A DNA stretch of 64,000 nt from Candidatus Latescibacterota bacterium (GTDB lineage Bacteria > Latescibacterota > UBA2968 > UBA8231), in NCBI GenBank assembly GCA_964291625.2, contig OZ220089.1, positions 4,672,001 through 4,736,000 on the forward strand, written 5' to 3'. Of the stretch, positions 58,404 through 64,000 are shown one piece after another; positions within the stretch are counted from its first letter, which is position 1; the number at the start of each line of letters is the position of its first letter. Position numbers and translations under genes: made by a program. The notes beneath the pieces were generated by a model. The model ran no database searches and was not told where the DNA came from. It saw only the letters and a list, made by a program, of their open reading frames with translations.

Positions 58404-59180
58404 CTACTGGGCGGTGTAGCCTCCGTCGACGACGAGGGCCGCCCCGGTGGTGAAGGACGAGGCGGGGGAGGCGAAGTAGAGGACGGCCGTGGCCAACTCG
58501 GCGGGATCGCCCCAGCGGCCCAGGGGGACCTTGTCCCGCATCGCCCGCGCCGCCTCGGGATCGTCGAGGAGAGGCTTGTTGAGGGGCGTGGCGAAGGGCC
58601 CCGGACAGATGCAGTTGGCCGTCACCCCCGTCCCGGCCCACTCCAGGGCCAGGGTGCGCGTCAGCTGCAGGATGCCGCCCTTGCTCGAGGCGTACGGCGT
58701 GCGGTGGGGGATGGAGATGGAGGACAAGGTCGAGCCGATGTTGATGACCCGGCCGTAGCCGCGCTCGACCATGTGCCGTCCGGCGGCGCGGCAGTAGTAG
58801 AAAGGCCCGGTGAGGTTGATGCCGAGGACGGTCTCCCAGGTCTCGTCCTCCATCTCCAGGATCGGGGCCCGCAGGTTGACGCCGGCGTTGTTCACGAGGA
58901 TGTCGAGATGGCCGAAGCGCTCGACGACCTCTCTCACCGAGCCTTCGGCCTGGCCGCGGTCCGCGGCATCGGCCTGGAGGGGGACCACCCGGCCGCCGCT
59001 CCCGGCGGCGATCGTCTCGGCCGCGGAACGGGCCTCGTCGAGGTGGCGGCTGGTGATGGCCACGTCGGCGCCGGCGCCGGACAGTGCGGCAGCCATGGCC
59101 TCGCCCAGGCCCTTGCTGCCCCCGGTGACCAGGGCCGTCCGCCCCTCGAGGCAGAACAGGCCGGGGGAGCCGCCTACCAC
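58404..59180 (-). CDS. SDR family oxidoreductase (gluconate 5-dehydrogenase-like)
   Basis: TGGSKGLG, NNAG, YASSK, VDGG. Confidence 0.92.
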   Translation of the reverse strand: MVGGSPGLFCLEGRTALVTGGSKGLGEAMAAALSGAGADVAITSRHLDEARSAAETIAAGSGGRVVPLQADAADRGQAEGSVREVVERFGHLDILVNNAGVNLRAPILEMEDETWETVLGINLTGPFYYCRAAGRHMVERGYGRVINIGSTLSSISIPHRTPYASSKGGILQLTRTLALEWAGTGVTANCICPGPFATPLNKPLLDDPEAARAMRDKVPLGRWGDPAELATAVLYFASPASSFTTGAALVVDGGYTAQ

Positions 59181-59410
59181 TGCTCCTCCTCCACCATTTC
59201 GCGGGCGAGGGTGCCCAGCTCCTCGGCGAGCTCCTCCTTCTCGCCCTGACGCGCCTTGCTGGTGATCTGCATGGTGAGGGCGATCAGGCCCAGGCCGAAG
59301 ATGCGCTGCAGGCTCTGGGGCCGCTCCGGGTCCAGATCGGGGATCAGCTCGCCCAGGCGGTCGAGGAGGCGGCGGTGCTTCTCGGACAGCTCGATGACTT
59401 CGAGAGACAT
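59174..59410 (-). CDS. Small hypothetical protein (78 aa)
   Basis: Host codon usage, overlaps the SDR start, TATACT -10 box 8 nt before the ATG. Confidence 0.65.
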   Translation of the reverse strand: MSLEVIELSEKHRRLLDRLGELIPDLDPERPQSLQRIFGLGLIALTMQITSKARQGEKEELAEELGTLAREMVEEEQW

Positions 59411-59464
59411 GGAGCAGCAGTATAGTCGGTGCCGCCGGAGGCCGCTATCGGCGCGCCGGACGCC

Positions 59465-60316
59465 TCAGCCCTCGAGGGCCGCGGCGCGGTACTCCCCCCG
59501 CTCGCCGCGGACCAGGCGGCTGAAGGGACCGTGGGGGTCGTGGTCCCAGGCGAGGACGCAGCCCTCCTCGTGGACCCGGCGGACCAGGGCCTGCTTCGCT
59601 CGCAGGGTATCGTGGGGGAACATGTCGTAGGCCATGATCCAGTAGGGGCTCAGGTGGTGGCGCGACGGCAGCACGTCGCCGGGGAAGACCAGGCGCCGGT
59701 GGTCCCCGTGCACCCAGACGGCCTGGTGGTGACCGGTGTGGCCTCCCGTGGCCTGCACCGAGATTTGCGGCAGGATCGAGCCGTCGCCCTCGACGAGTTC
59801 CCAGCGCAGGCCGGCCAGGGCCTCCAGGTCGCCGGGCGCATAGCTGGAGCGCATGATGGAGACGCCCTCGCGGGCGTCCTCCCACTCGCCGCGCTGCACC
59901 ACGTGCACGGCCTCGGGGAAGAGGGGGCGGAGGCCGCCGTCGCCCAGGATCAGGGCGCCGGCGGCGTGGTCGAAGTGCAGGTGGGTGAGCACCACGTGGG
60001 TGATCTCGCCCGGGGCGACGCCGGCTTCGCGCAGCGCCCCCGGGAGGGTGACCTCCGGGTCGACGGCGAAGATCTCCCGGGAGCGCTCGTCGAAGCGGTC
60101 GCCGCAGCCGGTGTCGACCAGGGCCAGGGCGCCGCGGCAGCGCACCAGCAGGCAGCGGCAGGGGTTGTCGATGCGGTGGCGGTCGTCGGGAGGGCAGGCG
60201 CGTTCCCACAGGGGCCGGGGCACGACGCCGAACATGGCGCCGCCGTCGAGGCGCATGCGCCCGCCGAGGAGGGGCCGGACCTCGACGCCCCCGAGATCGA
60301 GGGCTGCCCCCGTCAC
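59465..60316 (-). CDS. MBL-fold metallo-hydrolase (YtnP-like)
   Basis: LDGGAMFGVVP, LVDTG, THLHFDHAAG, GHTGHH, MAYD, HDP. Confidence 0.92.
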   Translation of the reverse strand: MTGAALDLGGVEVRPLLGGRMRLDGGAMFGVVPRPLWERACPPDDRHRIDNPCRCLLVRCRGALALVDTGCGDRFDERSREIFAVDPEVTLPGALREAGVAPGEITHVVLTHLHFDHAAGALILGDGGLRPLFPEAVHVVQRGEWEDAREGVSIMRSSYAPGDLEALAGLRWELVEGDGSILPQISVQATGGHTGHHQAVWVHGDHRRLVFPGDVLPSRHHLSPYWIMAYDMFPHDTLRAKQALVRRVHEEGCVLAWDHDPHGPFSRLVRGERGEYRAAALEG

Positions 60317-60978
60317 TCGAGGCCGCCCCGCCGGCGGGCCTCGTCCCAGGCGGTCTTGAACTCGTCGATGGTCTCCACCGTGCGCGGGTGGTGGGCCATG
60401 GCCGGCAGGAACCGGTAGGGGGTGGTGACGATGTGGGCCCCGGCGAGGAAGGAGCGCTGGATGTCGCCCACGGAGCGCATGCTGCCGGCGATGATGCGGG
60501 CCTCGAAGCCGCCGTGCTCGATGAACCGGGCGGTCTCGGCGATGGCGGCGTCGGCGTCGTTGCCGAGGTCGGTGATGCGGCCGATGAAGAGGCTCACGTA
60601 GCTGGCTCCCGCCATCATCGCCAGGGCCGCCTGGCTGGAGTTCATCATGCAGGTCACGTTCACCCGCACGTCGCGGTCGGCCTCGAGGACGTGCACCGCC
60701 CGCAGGCCCTCCATCGACATGGGGATCTTGACGACCACGCGCGGGTCCCAGGCGGCGTACTCCGCGGCCTCGGCGAGCATGCCCTCGACGCTCTCGGCCA
60801 CGACCTCGACGCTCACGGGGCCGTCGATGCAGGCGAGGATCTCCTCCACGCGCCGGCGCATGCTGCCGGGCTCGGCGGCGGCGGCCAGCTTGGGGTTGGT
60901 CGTGCACCCGGAGATCACCCCCAGGGCGGCGGCCTGGCGGACCTCCTCCAGGTCGGCGCTGTCGATGAAGAGCTCCAT
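60313..60978 (-). CDS. tal: Transaldolase (short TalC/FSA type)
   Basis: LFIDSA, TTNP, VVKIP, VNVT, YVSLFIGRI, HPRT. Confidence 0.85.
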   Translation of the reverse strand: MELFIDSADLEEVRQAAALGVISGCTTNPKLAAAAEPGSMRRRVEEILACIDGPVSVEVVAESVEGMLAEAAEYAAWDPRVVVKIPMSMEGLRAVHVLEADRDVRVNVTCMMNSSQAALAMMAGASYVSLFIGRITDLGNDADAAIAETARFIEHGGFEARIIAGSMRSVGDIQRSFLAGAHIVTTPYRFLPAMAHHPRTVETIDEFKTAWDEARRRGGLE

Positions 60979-60991
60979 GCTGTCTCCGTGA

Positions 60992-61591
60992 TCAGGCGGC
61001 GGCGATGCGCTGCCGCAGGCGGTCGCAGATGAGGTGCTGCAGGGCGAGGTGGAAGGACTCCACCTGCGGCGTGGAGTCGACGGGCACGACGATGCAGACG
61101 TCGGCGAGCCGCTTCAGGGCGCCGCCGTCGAAGCCGCTGAGCCCCAGGGTGCGGGCGCCGCGGTCCCGGGCGACCTGGAGGGCCTTCAGCAGATTCCCGG
61201 ACCAGGCGCCGGCGTTGCCCTGCCCGGAGCCGCCGTGGACGCTGATCAGCACCAGCACGTCGCCCTCGCCGATCCAGGCCTCGACCTGCCTGGCGTAGAC
61301 CGAGTCCGGGCCCTCGTCGTTCATCAGGGCGCTGAAGAGGGGCATGTTGTCGGTCAGGGCCAGGACGCGGAAGCGGGGCTTGCCCTCGCACAGGGTCCAC
61401 TTGGCGAGGTCGCAGGCGAAGTGGCTCGCCGTCGACGCCGAGCCGCCGTTGCCGGCCAGGTAGACCGCCTTCCCCGAGCCCCAGGCCTCGAAGAGGAGGT
61501 CGATGGCGGCGTCGATCTGCGGCCGCGGCAGGTCGTCGAGGACGGCGCCCATGCGCGCGAGGTAGGCGTCGATGTAGTCCCGGTTGCTCAT
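60992..61591 (-). CDS. gmhA: Phosphoheptose isomerase (SIS domain)
   Basis: GNGGSASTASHFACDL, ALMND, GLSGFDGG, QVESFHLALQH. Confidence 0.85.
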   Translation of the reverse strand: MSNRDYIDAYLARMGAVLDDLPRPQIDAAIDLLFEAWGSGKAVYLAGNGGSASTASHFACDLAKWTLCEGKPRFRVLALTDNMPLFSALMNDEGPDSVYARQVEAWIGEGDVLVLISVHGGSGQGNAGAWSGNLLKALQVARDRGARTLGLSGFDGGALKRLADVCIVVPVDSTPQVESFHLALQHLICDRLRQRIAAA

Positions 61592-61592
61592 C

Positions 61593-62585
61593 TCACCCGG
61601 TGTTGGTCAGCACCTTGGCGCCCTCGGTGTCGAAGCGGAAGCCCATCTCGCGCAGGCCCTTCTGCCGCATCCGCTGCAGCAGGGCCTCGCGGGCGCCGGG
61701 GGGAGTATAGAACATCAGGAAGCCGCCGCCGCCGGCCCCCATCAGCTTGCCCCCGAGGGCGCCGGCGCGCCTCGCCTCGTCGTACCACCGGTCGATCTCG
61801 GGGTTGGACATCTTCGAGGAGCGCCTCTTCTTGGTCTCCCAGTGGGTGTGCAGCAGGTCGCCGAAGCGGTCGAGGTCGCCGGCCTCGAGGGCGTCGCGGA
61901 TGGCCAGGCCGAGGGACTTGATCTCGTGCAGGCCGTCGACGACGGAGGCCTTGCCGGCGCGCGTCTCCTCCTCCTGCTGCGAGAGGATGTCGAAGCTCTC
62001 GCGCTGGATGCCGGTGTAGAGCAGGACGAGGCGGCGGCCAAGCTCGTCCAGGGTCTCGCCGGAGACGCGGGGGCCGCTCACCGACACGCGGCCCCCGGAG
62101 TCGATGTCGAGGCAGGTGAGGCCCCCGAAGGCGGCCAGGTAGTGGTCGTGCTTGCCCGCCGGCTGGCCGGCGCGCGCCGTCTCCACGTGGTGGGCCTCGT
62201 CGGCCAGGTGGGCCCGCGGCAGGGGCCGGCCCGCGAACTCGCGCAGGGCGGCCAGGAGGGCCACGGTGAAGGCCCCGGAGGAGCCCAGGCCGGTGCGCCC
62301 CGGTACGTCGGCCATGGCGCCGATCTCGAGGCCGCCCTCGATGCCCAGGTGGAGGAGGGACTCGCGCAGCAGCGGGTGCTCCAGGTCGGCGGCGTGGTCG
62401 ACGCGCTCGGTGCGGGAGTACTTGACGCGCACGAAGTCCTCCACCTGGAGGGCGTTGAGCTGGATGTAGACGTACTTGTCGATGGCGGCGGAGAGGATGA
62501 AGCCGCCGTGGCGGCCGGCATAGGAGGGCAGGTCGGTGCCGCCCCCGCCGAGGGGGATCCTCAGGGGCGCCCGGGTGGTGATCAC
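61593..62585 (-). CDS. hddA: GHMP kinase, D-glycero-D-manno-heptose 7-phosphate kinase-like
   Basis: RAPLRIPLGGGGTDLP, GLGSSG, GKHD, GGKLMGAGGGGF. Confidence 0.82.
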   Translation of the reverse strand: MITTRAPLRIPLGGGGTDLPSYAGRHGGFILSAAIDKYVYIQLNALQVEDFVRVKYSRTERVDHAADLEHPLLRESLLHLGIEGGLEIGAMADVPGRTGLGSSGAFTVALLAALREFAGRPLPRAHLADEAHHVETARAGQPAGKHDHYLAAFGGLTCLDIDSGGRVSVSGPRVSGETLDELGRRLVLLYTGIQRESFDILSQQEEETRAGKASVVDGLHEIKSLGLAIRDALEAGDLDRFGDLLHTHWETKKRRSSKMSNPEIDRWYDEARRAGALGGKLMGAGGGGFLMFYTPPGAREALLQRMRQKGLREMGFRFDTEGAKVLTNTG

Positions 62586-63724
62586 GCCGCCCGCTCCGCC
62601 CCGGAGGCGGCGGCCCGGCGGATGACGCCGGCGGCGCGCATGGTCCTGCGGCTGCGGGCGTAGAACTCGCCCAGGTCCGGCTGCTCCCGCACCCATTCCA
62701 CGTAGTCGCCCAGGAACTCCTCCGGCGCCGCTCCCGGGCGCCAGCCGAGGCCGCCCAGGCGCTCCCCGGAGGAGACGGTGTGGCGGGCGTCGCCCAGGCG
62801 GTACTCGCCGGTGATCTCGGGCTCGAGGCCCTCCCGGCCGCAGATGGCCGAGAGCATCCGCGCCACCTCGACCACGCTGGTGGCGCCGCGGCCGGGCACG
62901 TTCAGGTTCGTGAAGTCGGTGCGGTCGTCCTCGAGGGCGAGGACGTTGGCGCGGGCCACGTCCTCCACGTGGACGTAGTCCCGCCGCTGGCGGCCGTCCT
63001 CGTAGATCACCGGGGCGCGGCCGTGGAGCAGCTGCAGGGTGAAGATCCGGGCGACGCCGCTGTAGGCGTTGTAGAAGGAGTTGCGCCTCCCCTGCACGAT
63101 GGAGTAGCGCATGTTGGTCACCGGGATGGCGTAGCGCCGGCCCAGGTTCAGGGCCGCCATCTCCAGGGAGTACTTGGAGATGCCGTACGCCGTGTGGGGG
63201 TGGAGGGGCAGGTCCTCGGTCAGGGGCAGGGGCTCGGCGGGGCCCCCGCAGGAGGGGCAGCGGACCTCCCAGTCGCCCCGCGAGAGCTGCTCCCGCGACC
63301 GCGCCGGGGGGTGGACGGTCCCGCAGCCGGCGCAGCGGTAGCTGCCCTCTCCGTACACGGCCTGGGAGGAGGCCAGCACGATCTTGCGCAGCGGCAGACG
63401 CAGGGAGACGGCGATCTCGAAGAGCAGGGCCGTGCCCACCGTGTTGACGGCGAAGTAGGTGCTGAAGTCCGGCATGTAGTCCTGGTAGGCCGCCAGGTGG
63501 ACGACGCCGTCGACCCCCTCCAGGGCCCGCCGGAGACCGCCGGCGTCGCGCACGTCGCCGCGGACGCGGTCGATCCCCGCCGGCAGGTAGTCCGGCCAGC
63601 CGTCGGGATGGACGCGCTCCTGCAGGGCGTCGTAGACGCGCACCTCGTAGCCGCGCTCGAGGAGCAGGTCGACGGTGTGGGAGCCGATGAAGCCGGCGCC
63701 TCCGGTGACCAGGATTCTCTCCAT
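62582..63724 (-). CDS. NAD-dependent nucleotide-sugar epimerase/dehydratase with CxxC...CxxC insertion
   Basis: TGGAGFIGS, ASSQAVYGE, YGISK, EDGRQRRDYVHVED; CAGC and CPSC. Confidence 0.92.
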   Translation of the reverse strand: MERILVTGGAGFIGSHTVDLLLERGYEVRVYDALQERVHPDGWPDYLPAGIDRVRGDVRDAGGLRRALEGVDGVVHLAAYQDYMPDFSTYFAVNTVGTALLFEIAVSLRLPLRKIVLASSQAVYGEGSYRCAGCGTVHPPARSREQLSRGDWEVRCPSCGGPAEPLPLTEDLPLHPHTAYGISKYSLEMAALNLGRRYAIPVTNMRYSIVQGRRNSFYNAYSGVARIFTLQLLHGRAPVIYEDGRQRRDYVHVEDVARANVLALEDDRTDFTNLNVPGRGATSVVEVARMLSAICGREGLEPEITGEYRLGDARHTVSSGERLGGLGWRPGAAPEEFLGDYVEWVREQPDLGEFYARSRRTMRAAGVIRRAAASGAERAA

Positions 63725-63807
63725 GTTCCGGCTTTCGGGGGGATCCAGGGGGTTCTTGCGAAAGGCTCCAAATGTAGGCCGGACTTAAGGTTACGGCAAA
63801 TCCCGCA

Positions 63808-63836
63808 TTGACCTGTCCGGCCCCCGGGGATAGCTT
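63808..63836 (+). promoter_or_regulatory. sigma70-type promoter for the final partial gene
   Basis: TTGACC 63808-63813, 17 nt, TAGCTT 63831-63836. Confidence 0.55.
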
Positions 63837-63877
63837 GGGAGGCCCCTCCACCCGACGCGGCGAGCCTCGGAAGAGCG

Positions 63878-64000
63878 ATGCGCCACATGGCCTCCCGGAC
63901 GCTTCCCATCCCCGCTGACCGGCTCGCCGGCCCCGCCTGCCTGGCGGGTCTCGCCCTGGCCGTGGCCTCCCTCTTCCCCGGCGTCCTGCAGGGCGGGGTG
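63878..64000 (+). CDS. 5' fragment of a probable membrane or exported protein (runs off the window)
   Basis: MRHMASRTLPIPADRLAGPACLAGLALAVASLFPGVLQGGV; hydrophobic stretch, promoter upstream. Confidence 0.5.
   Translation, partial: MRHMASRTLPIPADRLAGPACLAGLALAVASLFPGVLQGGV

Overview
This is a very GC-rich bacterial chromosomal segment with about 55 CDS and two tRNAs (Tyr-GTA, Lys-TTT). I found no rRNA, CRISPR array, transposase, integrase or phage genes. Most long ORFs in the supplied track are antisense or off-frame shadows of real genes. Housekeeping genes: lepA, hemW, thrB, mdh, argG, ispG, queE, folE, groES/groEL. Surface-polysaccharide genes: SLBB/Wza-like, Wzz-like, DegT, WbqC, GT4, and an epimerase-HddA-GmhA-transaldolase heptose operon. 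There are many uncharacterised catabolic enzymes (5-6 Gfo/Idh/MocA, 3 SDR, 2 enolase-superfamily, 2 creatininase-family, aldolases). Gene content and C-terminal secretion-type motifs suggest an FCB-group organism such as Latescibacterota; this is inference only. Most notable observations: (1) a lower-GC islet right after tRNA-Lys with two tandem secreted beta-propeller paralogues that have near-identical ends, a divergent core, an identical SSWGEVK tail, and ATG->AAG at the homologous start of one copy; (2) a signal peptidase I homologue in the lepA operon lacking both catalytic residues; (3) a >900-aa glycoside-hydrolase-like gene missed by the ORF track; (4) a sigma54-type groESL promoter and a His-tailed GroEL; (5) tandem ARG boxes over the argG promoter; (6) several apparently leaderless genes; (7) an SNF2 ATPase with a C-terminal SWIM finger. 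Three frameshifts (one in lepB-like, two in ribokinase) may be assembly errors. All calls come from reading motifs by eye; no database searches were run.
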